Source: an uncultured Planctomycetaceae bacterium (GTDB lineage Bacteria > Planctomycetota > Planctomycetia > Pirellulales > PALSA-1355). From it: DNA of 64,000 bases. The stretch lies in the NCBI GenBank assembly GCA_963787355.1, contig CAWBCP010000005.1:58032-122031 (forward strand), read 5' to 3'. The notes under the pieces are model-generated. The model had not been told where the DNA came from. It searched no databases and worked only from the letters and a program-made list of their open reading frames with translations. The position numbers and the translations under genes were made by a program. Below are positions 21,931-28,759 of this stretch, in pieces; positions within the stretch are counted from its first letter, which is position 1; each line of letters starts with the position of its first letter.

Positions 21931-22001
21931 TGTCCGGTGTTGTAACGGAAGCATAGCGATCTGATACGTCGCCGGCGGTGGTTCGACTCCACCTCGGACA
22001 A
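21931..22001 (+). tRNA. tRNA-Ile(GAT)-like (non-canonical D-arm)
   Basis: Acceptor tgtccgg/tcggaca; anticodon stem gcgat/gtcgc, loop ctGATac; T-arm ggtgg-ttcgact-ccacc; D-stem pairs poorly. The gene starts 1 nt after the previous tRNA. Confidence 0.5.
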
Positions 22002-22070
22002 CTGACCACGAGGAGAACTTCACATGATGCAGACCACGCCGACTCAAACGCATACGCCCACTCCACATTT

Positions 22071-22142
22071 GGGGTCGTGGCGTAACGGCAGCGCTTCCGC
22101 CTTTTAAGCGGGAAGGTAAGGGTTCGACTCCCTTCGGCCCCA
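22071..22142 (+). tRNA. tRNA-Lys(TTT)
   Basis: Acceptor ggggtcg/cggcccc; anticodon stem tccgc/gcggg, loop ctTTTaa; T-arm aaggg-ttcgact-ccctt. Confidence 0.7.
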
Positions 22143-22170
22143 CTGCGTTGGCTTTGGCCAGCGATCGCGG

Positions 22171-22244
22171 CGGCGCGTAGCTCAGTGGTTGAGAGCAGGT
22201 CTCTTATAAGGACCAGGTCGAGGGTTCGATTCCCTCCGCGCCGA
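22171..22244 (+). tRNA. tRNA-Ile(TAT) (unusual anticodon)
   Basis: Acceptor cggcgcg/cgcgccg; D-arm tagctcagtggttgagagc; anticodon stem ggtct/ggacc, loop ctTATaa; T-arm gaggg-ttcgatt-ccctc. Confidence 0.65.
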
Positions 22245-22286
22245 TGGTGCGCGCAGACACGACAACGAGAAGCAAAACACGAACAC

Positions 22287-22360
22287 GGGATCAAGGTGTT
22301 AGCGGCAGCATGCCTGGCTCTTAACCAGGTCGGTGAGGGTTCAAGTCCCTCTGATCCCAC
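22287..22360 (+). tRNA. tRNA-Lys(CTT)
   Basis: Acceptor gggatca/tgatccc; anticodon stem cctgg/ccagg, loop ctCTTaa; T-arm gaggg-ttcaagt-ccctc. Confidence 0.7.
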
Positions 22361-22371
22361 TTGAACGAAAG

Positions 22372-22455
22372 GCACTGGTCGTCCAGCGGCGAGGACTCCG
22401 CACCCGGGCACACCGTAGATCGGCGGCGACGTGGGTTCGAGTCCCACCCGGTGCT
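22372..22455 (+). tRNA. tRNA-like, type II length (84 nt), anticodon arm unresolved
   Basis: Acceptor gcactgg/ccggtgc; D-stem gtcc/ggac; T-arm gtggg-ttcgagt-cccac. The 34 nt between D and T arms do not fold into a canonical anticodon arm. Confidence 0.4.
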
Positions 22456-22487
22456 CTGATCTTTGACAATTCGACCAGCGATTCGAC

Positions 22488-22558
22488 GCGCCCATGATGT
22501 AGCGGTAGCCTGCTGCCTTGCCATGGCGGAAGTGCGGGTTCAACTCCCGCTGGGCGCT
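22488..22558 (+). tRNA. tRNA-Gly(GCC)
   Basis: Acceptor gcgccca/tgggcgc; anticodon stem ctgcc/ggcgg, loop ttGCCat; T-arm gcggg-ttcaact-cccgc. Confidence 0.65.
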
Positions 22559-22566
22559 TTTCGTTT

Positions 22567-22640
22567 CGGTGCGTGGGATAGCTTGGAAACCCGCGTGCTT
22601 CGGGAGCACGAGATCGGCGGTTCGAATCCGCCCGCCCCGA
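22567..22640 (+). tRNA. tRNA-Pro(CGG)
   Basis: Starts cggtg... like E. coli proK; anticodon stem cgtgc/gcacg, loop ttCGGga; T-arm ggcgg-ttcgaat-ccgcc; one acceptor mismatch. Confidence 0.7.
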
Positions 22641-22647
22641 CCTTTGC

Positions 22648-22721
22648 CAGGGTGTAGCGAAGCCTGGCATCGCGCAAGCTCGGGGAGCTTGAGATCGCAG
22701 GTTCAAATCCTGCCACCCTGA
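22648..22721 (+). tRNA. tRNA-Pro(GGG), with C at position 33
   Basis: Acceptor cagggtg/caccctg; D-stem gcga/tcgc; anticodon stem caagc/gcttg, loop tcGGGga; T-arm gcagg-ttcaaat-cctgc. Confidence 0.6.
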
Positions 22722-22728
22722 CTCATAT

Positions 22729-22803
22729 TGCGGTGGGGCCTGTGTTGGTACAGGCAGGCGCCTGTTAAGCGCCCCTTCGCAGGTTCGATTCCTGCCGCCG
22801 CAG
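22729..22803 (+). tRNA. tRNA-Asn(GTT)
   Basis: Acceptor tgcggtg/cgccgca; D-stem gcct/aggc; anticodon stem ggcgc/gcgcc, loop ctGTTaa; T-arm gcagg-ttcgatt-cctgc. Confidence 0.75.
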
Positions 22804-22823
22804 CTTTTTGCGAATGCAATACG

Positions 22824-22906
22824 GAAGGGCAAGCCAATGGGCGATGGCAGCTGTTTCGAAAACAGTCGAGCGATAAGCCTTGAGGGTTCGACTCCCTCTC
22901 CTTCCG
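22824..22906 (+). tRNA. tRNA-Ser(CGA), type II
   Basis: Acceptor ggaaggg/tccttcc; anticodon stem gctgt/acagt, loop ttCGAaa; long variable arm; T-arm gaggg-ttcgact-ccctc. Confidence 0.65.
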
Positions 22907-22910
22907 CTTC

Positions 22911-22982
22911 GTGCTCTTGGCCGATCGGCAAAGGCGTCAGCCTTCCAAGCTGAACAGGCGGGTTCGATTCCCGCAGAGCACT
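22911..22982 (+). tRNA. tRNA-Gly(TCC)
   Basis: Acceptor gtgctct/agagcac; anticodon stem tcagc/gctga, loop ctTCCaa; T-arm gcggg-ttcgatt-cccgc. Confidence 0.75.
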
Positions 22983-22995
22983 TTCGATCAATCAT

Positions 22996-23066
22996 TCGGG
23001 GATCGGCTAACGGTAGGCCGCCTGGCTTTGAATCAGGCTATGGAGGTTCGATTCCTTCTCCCCGAA
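22996..23066 (+). tRNA. tRNA-Gln(TTG)
   Basis: Acceptor tcgggga/tccccga; anticodon stem cctgg/tcagg, loop ctTTGaa; T-arm ggagg-ttcgatt-ccttc. Confidence 0.7.
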
Positions 23067-23082
23067 CTCCGCTGAAACACAT

Positions 23083-23157
23083 TCCGGGGTAGCTGCTGCT
23101 GGTAGTGGCGCCTGGCTCTGAACCAGGAGGTCGTTGGTTCGATTCCAACCCCCGGAA
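23083..23157 (+). tRNA. tRNA-Gln(CTG)
   Basis: Acceptor tccgggg/ccccgga; anticodon stem cctgg/ccagg, loop ctCTGaa; T-arm gttgg-ttcgatt-ccaac. Confidence 0.75.
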
Positions 23158-23176
23158 CTGAAACGGGAGCGACGGA

Positions 23177-23262
23177 CGCGAAACTCCGGCCGGATGAGGA
23201 GCCTGTCTTGAAAACAGGTGGCGGCCAAGCCGCTTGTGAGTTCGAGTCCGCACGCAGGCGGC
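23177..23262 (+). tRNA. tRNA-Ser(TGA)-like, degenerate (acceptor and T-stem do not pair)
   Basis: Clean anticodon arm cctgt-ctTGAaa-acagg and variable stem gcggc-caa-gccgc. The T-loop ttcgagt is flanked by the non-pairing gtgag/ccgca, and no complementary acceptor is found. Confidence 0.35.
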
Positions 23263-23281
23263 TTCCGCTCGCAAGACGATC

Positions 23282-23368
23282 GGGCTCATCGTCCAACAGG
23301 AAGACGCCAGCTCCGCACTGGCCCGTGTTCACTGTAGGACGCGGCGGGTGCAACTCCCGGTGAGTCCA
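23282..23368 (+). tRNA. tRNA-like pseudogene, paralog of the two tRNA-Ala genes (G3:U70 acceptor) with ~18-nt insertion
   Basis: Acceptor gggctca/tgagtcc is identical to tRNA-Ala(GGC) at 25451. The anticodon loop reads ctCCGca, there is extra sequence before the T-arm, and the T-loop is tgcaact (G at position 55). Confidence 0.4.
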
Positions 23369-23382
23369 CTCAAACAAAACAC

Positions 23383-23453
23383 AGTCCCGTGGTCCAACGG
23401 CACGACTTCTGGCTCACATCCAGACAACGATGGTTCAACTCCATCCGGGACTA
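23383..23453 (+). tRNA. tRNA-Val(CAC)
   Basis: Acceptor agtcccg/cgggact; anticodon stem tctgg/ccaga, loop ctCACat; T-arm gatgg-ttcaact-ccatc. Confidence 0.7.
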
Positions 23454-23459
23454 CTCGAT

Positions 23460-23536
23460 GCCCAGGTACGCCAATTGGCAGAGCGGCACGGCTAGACGAA
23501 CCCGCGCGGATGCCGGTTCGACTCCGGCCTTGGGCA
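23460..23536 (+). tRNA. tRNA-like (77 nt), anticodon arm unresolved (a ctagac motif suggests TAG)
   Basis: Acceptor gcccagg/cttgggc; T-arm gccgg-ttcgact-ccggc. The central region forms only a 4-bp stem with a 15-nt loop. Confidence 0.4.
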
Positions 23537-23545
23537 CTGGATGTG

Positions 23546-23908
23546 TTAGATGCTTGGCAGACAACTGCCGTACCGTTGCCAGGTCGGGTCTGCAACCTCT
23601 TCAAATTCGACTCGATAGTCTGGATGAGTACCCGTCAGCCTGGAAAGCACCTGAGATAAGTCTGCCGCATCCCCCAAATACACGTAGTACTCACGGATTC
23701 CGCGACTAGCAATTCGCATGACATAAACGGCCCAGCCGTGCCCGAGTTCGTCCCACAGCTTGATCAATGAATCTTCGACAGCATCGAGGCTCTGCGATTC
23801 GTCGGGATCCCAGAACGCTGTACCGGGATCGAGCTGACAATAGACACCGAACCATGCTAGAGCGCGGTAGCTCGTGTACTGGTGCCGAAGTGCGAAATCG
23901 ATCATCAA
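23546..23908 (-). CDS. hypothetical protein (120 aa) embedded in the tRNA array
   Basis: ATG-initiated ORF with protein-like composition and lower GC than flanks; no recognisable family. Confidence 0.45.
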   Translation of the reverse strand: MMIDFALRHQYTSYRALAWFGVYCQLDPGTAFWDPDESQSLDAVEDSLIKLWDELGHGWAVYVMRIASRGIREYYVYLGDAADLSQVLSRLTGTHPDYRVEFEEVADPTWQRYGSCLPSI

Positions 23909-24036
23909 TCAGAATCTGGGCCGATCGACCATCAATCTCCGAAATGCGATGTGACCAAGCCATAACGTGGATCTCACGACTGGGACCATCGGAATGCTCT
24001 CAACAGTATATACGCCCGTCATCGCAGCCAACAAGC

Positions 24037-24109
24037 GGCTCGGTAGGCAACGGCAGACCACTTTGGCTTAGACCCAGGGATGCTGTGGGTTCGAGTCCCA
24101 CCTGAGCCA
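24037..24109 (+). tRNA. tRNA with anticodon TAG (Leu-decoding) but type I architecture (73 nt, 5-nt variable loop)
   Basis: Acceptor ggctcgg/ctgagcc; anticodon stem tttgg/ccagg, loop ctTAGac; T-arm gtggg-ttcgagt-cccac. Confidence 0.6.
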
Positions 24110-24126
24110 CTTGAAACAAATCACTC

Positions 24127-24201
24127 GTCCTCGTGGAGCAGCCTGGAGTGCTCGCCAGCCTGTCACGGAGGAGATCACGGGTTCAAATCCCGTCGGGGAC
24201 G
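24127..24201 (+). tRNA. tRNA-Asp(GTC)
   Basis: Acceptor gtcctcg/cggggac; D-stem gagc/gctc; anticodon loop ctGTCac (stem has 2 mismatches); T-arm acggg-ttcaaat-cccgt. Confidence 0.65.
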
Positions 24202-24206
24202 CTTGC

Positions 24207-24280
24207 GGCACGGTACGCCAACTGGCTGAGCGGCGAAGCTCAAACCTTCGTGTCTGCGGGTTCGACTCCCGCCTGTGCCA
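24207..24280 (+). tRNA. tRNA with anticodon CAA (Leu-decoding) but type I architecture (74 nt)
   Basis: Acceptor ggcacgg/ctgtgcc; anticodon stem cgaag/cttcg, loop ctCAAac; T-arm gcggg-ttcgact-cccgc. Confidence 0.6.
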
Positions 24281-24286
24281 CTGATC

Positions 24287-24373
24287 GGGTTGTGCTCCTC
24301 GTGGCGGCCTGTAAAGCCGTCGTCACAAAACAAGCGAGGTGGGCGACGAGAGGTTCAATTCCTTCACAACCCA
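24287..24373 (+). tRNA. tRNA-Tyr(GTA), type II
   Basis: Acceptor gggttgt/acaaccc; anticodon stem cggc/gccg, loop ctGTAaa; long variable arm; T-arm gagag-gttcaatt-cc. Confidence 0.7.
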
Positions 24374-24383
24374 TTTTATTAAA

Positions 24384-24456
24384 GGCCCGTTCGTCTATCG
24401 GTTCAGGACACCAGCCTCTCAAGCTGGAAGGGCGGGTTCGATTCCCGCACGGGTCA
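24384..24456 (+). tRNA. tRNA-Glu(CTC)
   Basis: Acceptor ggcccgt/acgggtc; anticodon stem ccagc/gctgg, loop ctCTCaa; T-arm gcggg-ttcgatt-cccgc; paralog of the tRNA-Glu(TTC) at 21766. Confidence 0.75.
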
Positions 24457-24461
24457 CTCAT

Positions 24462-24544
24462 GGCCAAGTGGTGTAATTGGTAAACACGCGACGCTCAGAA
24501 CGTCGTGCCTTCATGGCGTGGGAGTTCGAGTCTCCCCTTGGTCA
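24462..24544 (+). tRNA. tRNA-Leu(CAG), type II
   Basis: Acceptor ggccaag/cttggtc; D-stem gtgt/acac; anticodon stem cgacg/cgtcg, loop ctCAGaa; 14-nt variable arm; T-arm gggag-ttcgagt-ctccc. Confidence 0.75.
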
Positions 24545-24652
24545 CTGAAATATTGGCAGGCAAGAACCTGTCGATTGACGCAGGCGAGCCAGTGCTCAGC
24601 TGGGCCTCATAAGCCCGGACCGTCGGGTGCGACACCCGAGCCTGCAACTTAC

Positions 24653-24728
24653 GGCCGGGTACGCAAACTGGTAAAGCGACGAGGTCGAGAGCCTCGTGAT
24701 TCTGTGAGTTCGACTCTCACCTCGGTCA
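24653..24728 (+). tRNA. tRNA with anticodon GAG (Leu-decoding), type I architecture (76 nt), C at position 33
   Basis: Acceptor ggccggg/ctcggtc; anticodon stem cgagg/cctcg, loop tcGAGag; T-arm gtgag-ttcgact-ctcac. Confidence 0.55.
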
Positions 24729-24735
24729 CTCAATC

Positions 24736-24808
24736 GATCCCGTGGTCCAACGGCTAAGACGCCTGGATGACACCCAGGAAAGAGATGGTTCAACTCCATC
24801 CGGGATCA
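24736..24808 (+). tRNA. tRNA-Val(GAC)
   Basis: Acceptor gatcccg/cgggatc; anticodon stem cctgg/ccagg, loop atGACac; T-arm gatgg-ttcaact-ccatc. Confidence 0.7.
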
Positions 24809-24901
24809 TTTTGAAAATCGGTCTGTAGGTGTTTTCGGCGGCACACCAGCAAGCGAGCACGGCTGCCAGGGCGGCAGCCGAGCGCAGTGCGGTAGTTCGC
24901 C

Positions 24902-25334
24902 CTACAGATTGGTGACTCCCGAACACACTAGCAGCAATGCGATGCCGAATATTCCAATTTGAATCAACACCGCGGTCCATTGTCGCGCGATCACGGCAAC
25001 ACTGAGGCCTGTGATCAGCGATACGGAATAAACGACAAGCAATCCCATGGCATCCGTCCAATCGTCCCCACTCAGAGTGATGATCGAACCCGATTGGCGC
25101 GAACAGAAACATGGCTGCCGCGAGCACCTGTAGTGAGGCGGCCACCACGATCGGAATCTCCTTCGGCCCTCGCCAAGCAGCCAACGCGAAGGCACCGCCA
25201 CACAGTATGGTGAGGTAGACAGCGCCGAAGCCAAGGCCGCGCCAGAATACCAGCGCAACGCATGTAAACGTAATGCATATGAGCAATCTGCCGAGACTGA
25301 ATTGAAACCAAGGGTGACTGGAAGACTCCTTCAT
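24902..25334 (-). CDS. small membrane protein (2-4 TM helices), frameshift near 25060; low GC
   Basis: ATG 25334 gives MKESSSHPWFQFSLGRLLICITFTCVALVFWRGLGFGAVYLTILCGGAFALAAW...; the hydrophobic C-terminal part (...LLVVYSVSLITGLSVAVIARQW...GIFGIALLLVCSGVTNL*) continues in another frame and ends at 24902. Confidence 0.4.
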
Positions 25335-25368
25335 GAAGGCATTGTAGTCAATTTCAAATCAAACAAAT

Positions 25369-25439
25369 GGGCTGCTCGTCCAACGGGAAGACGCCTGGCT
25401 TGCAACCAGGAAATCGGGGTTCGACTCCCCGGCGGTCCA
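25369..25439 (+). tRNA. tRNA-Ala(TGC)
   Basis: Acceptor gggctgc/gcggtcc with G3:U70; anticodon stem cctgg/ccagg, loop ctTGCaa; T-arm cgggg-ttcgact-ccccg. Confidence 0.7.
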
Positions 25440-25450
25440 CTGAACAAAAC

Positions 25451-25521
25451 GGGCTCATGGTCCAAAGGGAAGACATCAGGCTGGCAGTCTGAAGATCCGG
25501 GTTCAATTCCCGGTGAGTCCA
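25451..25521 (+). tRNA. tRNA-Ala(GGC)
   Basis: Acceptor gggctca/tgagtcc with G3:U70; anticodon stem tcagg/tctga, loop ctGGCag; T-arm ccggg-ttcaatt-cccgg. Confidence 0.7.
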
Positions 25522-25528
25522 CTGAAAC

Positions 25529-25615
25529 GGAAGGTAGCCGGATACGGTTGGCCGGGCCGCTCTGCTAAGGCGGTTCCCGCTCGTCGGGATGAGGGTTCGA
25601 ATCCCTTGCCTTCCG
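25529..25615 (+). tRNA. tRNA-Ser(GCT), type II
   Basis: Acceptor ggaaggt/gccttcc; anticodon stem ccgct/ggcgg, loop ctGCTaa; 17-nt variable arm; T-arm gaggg-ttcgaat-ccctt. Confidence 0.7.
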
Positions 25616-25633
25616 CTCGTGAACGATACGTGA

Positions 25634-25706
25634 GCCTCGATGGTGAAACGGACGATCACTCCTTGCTTCTAACAAGGCATTCCGGGTTCGAATCCTGGTC
25701 GGGGCA
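25634..25706 (+). tRNA. tRNA-Arg(TCT)
   Basis: Acceptor gcctcga/tcggggc; D-stem gtga/tcac; anticodon stem ccttg/caagg, loop ctTCTaa; T-arm ccggg-ttcgaat-cctgg. Confidence 0.75.
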
Positions 25707-25732
25707 TTTTTGAGGAATACGACAATATATAT

Positions 25733-25807
25733 GGCGTCCGTGGTGTAGCGGTTTCTGCACGTCTGGCTGTGAACCAGAAGGTGGCGGTTCAACTCCGCTC
25801 GGACACC
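25733..25807 (+). tRNA. tRNA-His(GTG) with G-1 (8-bp acceptor)
   Basis: 5' ggcgtccg / 3' cggacacc (one mismatch); anticodon stem tctgg/ccaga, loop ctGTGaa; T-arm ggcgg-ttcaact-ccgct. Confidence 0.65.
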
Positions 25808-25825
25808 CTGAAAGGAAGTGAAGCA

Positions 25826-26422
25826 ATGGTCGCAAAGGTACTGGAACATCCGACGCTGGTCTTGAACCGCAACTGGCAGCCGGTGAACGTGGCCACGGTG
25901 GCTCGGGCGCTGGTGCTGTTGTGGAACGAGTCGGCTCGCGTGGTGGACCCGGCGGACTACCGGCTCTACACCTGGGCCGATTGGTCGGAGCTGCGCCCGG
26001 GCGAAGGCGAGCAGTTCATCCAGGCCGTGCGGCTGCGGCTGCGCGTGCCCGAGGTGATCGTGCTGGCCGAGTACGACCGGCTGCCGACCGCCGCCGTGAG
26101 CTTCAGCCGCCGCAACGTATTCAAGCGGGACCATTGGGCCTGCCAGTACTGCGGCTGCCAGCCGGGCGGCGAAGAGTTGACGATCGACCACGTGATTCCG
26201 CGGTCGCAGGGTGGAACCTCGACTTGGGAGAACTGCGTGTTGGCGTGCATCGGCTGCAACAAGCGCAAGGCCGACCGCACGCCGCACCAGGCCGGCATGC
26301 GGCTCCGCAAGGTGCCGGTCCGGCCGACGTGGAAGCCGATCTACGCCCGCGACAGCGTGCGGATCGAAAGCTGGTCGAAGTTTATCAGCGAGACGTACTG
26401 GAACGTCCCGCTGGAGAAGTAA
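25826..26422 (+). CDS. HNH endonuclease
   Basis: ATG 25826 preceded by GGAAG; HNH motif ...DHWACQYCGCQ...LTIDHVIPRSQGG...ENCVLACIGCNKRK. Confidence 0.75.
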   Translation: MVAKVLEHPTLVLNRNWQPVNVATVARALVLLWNESARVVDPADYRLYTWADWSELRPGEGEQFIQAVRLRLRVPEVIVLAEYDRLPTAAVSFSRRNVFKRDHWACQYCGCQPGGEELTIDHVIPRSQGGTSTWENCVLACIGCNKRKADRTPHQAGMRLRKVPVRPTWKPIYARDSVRIESWSKFISETYWNVPLEK

Positions 26423-26477
26423 CTGAGTTGCCCGGCACAGCGGCACAAATCGCTGTGCCGGGCCTTTGGAGATACGG

Positions 26478-27021
26478 CATGCGAAAAATCAAGTTCACCT
26501 ACAGCAAGACCGACGCAGGCCGCAAGCACTACCTCAACGAGGATGACGTGCGGGTGTTGTTGTCGCGGCTGCCGGAGGAGCTCTGGGAAAAGCTGCAAGC
26601 GGTGCACTTCAACGATAGAGCGTGGGGCAGGCGATGCCTCGGCTACGTGACGAGGGGACACCGCGAGATCACGATTTGTGCTCTGCCAGGTCGGGTCAGC
26701 TTGTCGAGCTGCGTGACTCACCGCTCGATCAAACAGTATGGTGCGGTCCGCGGCCGACAGTGGCCAGAGACCGCGGTGCGCCGTTTCATGCTCTACGACG
26801 TGTTTTTGCATGAGCTGGGCCATTTGCAAGTGGTGCTGCCGAAGGCCGCGAGATTGGGACGCAAGTTTGCGAGCGAGACCAAGGCACAAGAGTTCGCCGA
26901 CTATTGGCGGGAACAACTTTGGCTGGATCGGCTCGACCATCCCGATCCAGTCCACAACGAGGCAGCTAACGAAGAACTGGAACGACTGAACCTCGATGCA
27001 GCAAACTGCCTCGTAACCTGA
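26478..27021 (+). CDS. hypothetical protein (~180 aa)
   Basis: ATG-initiated ORF MRKIKFTYSKTDAGRKHYLNEDDVRVLLSRLPEELWEK... directly downstream of the HNH gene; no family recognised. Confidence 0.45.
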
Positions 27022-27038
27022 GACGAAGTAACAAATAC

Positions 27039-27108
27039 ACGAGTGTGCTCCTGGGAGAGCAGTCAGTCTCCAAAGCTGACGGACGGGGTTCGACTCCTCG
27101 CGCTCGTG
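27039..27108 (+). tRNA. tRNA-Trp(CCA)
   Basis: Acceptor acgagtg/cgctcgt; anticodon stem tcagt/gctga, loop ctCCAaa; T-arm cgggg-ttcgact-cctcg. Confidence 0.6.
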
Positions 27109-27111
27109 CTT

Positions 27112-27185
27112 GCCGACGTGGCTCGAAACAGAAAGGCGCCTGTCTTGTAAACAGGTTGATGCTGGTGCGAATCCAGTCGTCGGCT
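27112..27185 (+). tRNA. tRNA-Thr(TGT), T-loop tgcgaat (G at position 55)
   Basis: Acceptor gccgacg/cgtcggc; anticodon stem cctgt/acagg, loop ctTGTaa; T-arm gctgg-tgcgaat-ccagt. Confidence 0.6.
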
Positions 27186-27198
27186 CTTGAGGATTTGA

Positions 27199-27271
27199 AT
27201 CCCGATGGTGTAGCGGATTTGCATCGGACCCTCCGAAGGTCCGGGCCCTGGTTCGAATCCAGGTCGGGATA
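27199..27271 (+). tRNA. tRNA-Arg(CCG)
   Basis: Acceptor atcccga/tcgggat; anticodon stem ggacc/ggtcc, loop ctCCGaa; T-arm cctgg-ttcgaat-ccagg. Confidence 0.7.
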
Positions 27272-27286
27272 CTTGCGAAGCAAAGC

Positions 27287-27359
27287 GTCTCGCGGGTGTG
27301 CCGGATGAGCACGGCAGTGTTCGAAACTGCAAGACGAGGTTCAATTCCTCGGCGAGGCA
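27287..27359 (+). tRNA. tRNA-Arg(TCG)
   Basis: Acceptor gtctcgc/gcgaggc; anticodon stem gcagt/actgc, loop gtTCGaa; T-arm cgagg-ttcaatt-cctcg. Confidence 0.6.
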
Positions 27360-27378
27360 CTGAAAGGCGACGAGTTGA

Positions 27379-28029
27379 ATGACGATGTTGCGAACAATCC
27401 TAACAGCACTGAGACGAGCTCTGTTTGGCCAGCCTGTGGCCGGCGGGGTGACGGCGAAGCCACCGTCGGCAGAGGCCGTCGCGTGTGCGGTCGTTCATTC
27501 GACGACCGCGGCGGATCGCAGCGAAGGGAGGCTTACCATGAACGCAGCCTATGACAAACTATGCGAACACCTGACCAACCAGAACGTCGGCTTTTGGTCG
27601 CGCAGCGAGGACCTGTCGATCTGCACGGACTTTCGGGGCGAGGTCGGCACGTACCGGATCTTCGCTCGGGTTGACGCTGACGACAGCTTGTTCCAGGTCT
27701 TCGGTCATTCGCCGGTTCGCGTTCCGCCAGGCTCGCGCCCGGCGATCGCCGAGGCCGTGGCGCGGATCAACTGCGGTCTGAAGGTCGGCAAGTTCGAGAT
27801 GGATTGTGACGAGGGCGAGCTGCGGTTTCAGGCGGCCCAGATTCTGCCCGACGACGATCTCGACGAGCAGACGATTCAGCGACTGATTGGTACGACGATG
27901 TCGATGTTGAACATTTACCTCCCGGCCATCCTGTCGGTCATCTACGGCAACGAACTGCCGAAGGATGCCGTCAGGCACGCAGAGCCCGGGCGGTATGTGT
28001 CCGACGAAAACGAGCGCGGTGAGGCCTGA
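27379..28029 (+). CDS. YbjN-domain protein (putative sensory-transduction regulator / T3SS-chaperone-like fold)
   Basis: The core from MNAAYDKLCEHLTNQNVGF...YRIFARVD...GKFEMDCDEGELRFQAAQIL fits the YbjN family. ATG 27379 adds a 53-aa extension; alternative start 27538. Confidence 0.55.
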   Translation: MTMLRTILTALRRALFGQPVAGGVTAKPPSAEAVACAVVHSTTAADRSEGRLTMNAAYDKLCEHLTNQNVGFWSRSEDLSICTDFRGEVGTYRIFARVDADDSLFQVFGHSPVRVPPGSRPAIAEAVARINCGLKVGKFEMDCDEGELRFQAAQILPDDDLDEQTIQRLIGTTMSMLNIYLPAILSVIYGNELPKDAVRHAEPGRYVSDENERGEA

Positions 28030-28043
28030 TCACCGCGCATTTG

Positions 28044-28115
28044 TCCTCGGGGTGTGCCGGATTCGCACGCGACCCTGCGAAGGTCGAGGACCAGGTTCAA
28101 TTCCTGGCGAGGACA
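28044..28115 (+). tRNA. tRNA-Arg(GCG)
   Basis: Acceptor gtcctcg/cgaggac; anticodon stem cgacc/ggtcg, loop ctGCGaa; T-arm ccagg-ttcaatt-cctgg; paralog of the Arg tRNAs at 27199 and 27287. Confidence 0.65.
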
Positions 28116-28457
28116 CTTGACGATGCTGCAAAGCTAATTGGAGAAATCGGTGCACAAGCTGCCCCGGACAAAGATGACCTTGGAGAAGAGAGTGGCCACC
28201 CTGCGCGATGCTAGCCAAGAGCGCAAGCGACACGAGACTTCTGAAGGCGGCAGAAAGAGTGCGTGACGCCAGAATCCAGGTTTTGCGAGCCACGATCGGC
28301 GAGATGCCGTCAGTCAAGCTTACGCCCCATCAACACAGGCGTATTGCGAAACTGGAAGGACAGATTGAGGTGCTTCGCGAAACGTTACCAATCGCAATCC
28401 TGGCAGAGTTTCGCGAAGAGCGACCGACAGAAATCGACGAATTCTAGCCTCGGCTCT

Positions 28458-28685
28458 ATGAAGGAGGTGCCTTATGTGCAGCAACGACTTCAACGACAGC
28501 GCGTTTTTTTCGAAACGATGAGCAAACGGCGGAAGGGCTTCCCATCGGAAACGAAAGTGAAACGCGGAGTCCGCAAGGTCCACGGCGACAAGCTCCTCGA
28601 AGAGAAGCTCGGCCGCAACGACCTGTGCCCGTGTGGCAGCGGAAAACGATTCAAGCAGTGCTGCCTTAAGTCAGGCCGCTTTTGA
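28458..28685 (+). CDS. SEC-C motif (SecA metal-binding-domain-like) small protein
   Basis: C-terminal [19 protein letters not shown]. The start is uncertain (28458, 28518, or the SD-preceded ATG at ~28474 in another frame that would join through a T7 homopolymer at ~28498). Confidence 0.5.
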   Translation: MKEVPYVQQRLQRQRVFFETMSKRRKGFPSETKVKRGVRKVHGDKLLEEKLGRNDLCPCGSGKRFKQCCLKSGRF

Positions 28686-28759
28686 TGGGGTCAACCGTGA
28701 CCACTACTTTTAGAGATTGAACAACTCGCGTCGCCCGCCAGTCCGGCGGGCGGCGCACT

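Noticed and set aside
22372-22455. 84-nt tRNA-like gene considered as tRNA-Sec
   Set aside because: No TCA anticodon loop, 7-bp rather than 8-bp acceptor stem, and no extended D-stem. Left as an unresolved type-II-length tRNA-like element.
21658-25807. Regularly spaced repeats (GGTTCGANTCC units) suggestive of a CRISPR array
   Set aside because: The repeats are tRNA T-arms within full cloverleaf-foldable units of 70-87 nt with differing anticodons, not fixed-length direct repeats with spacers. No cas genes were found.
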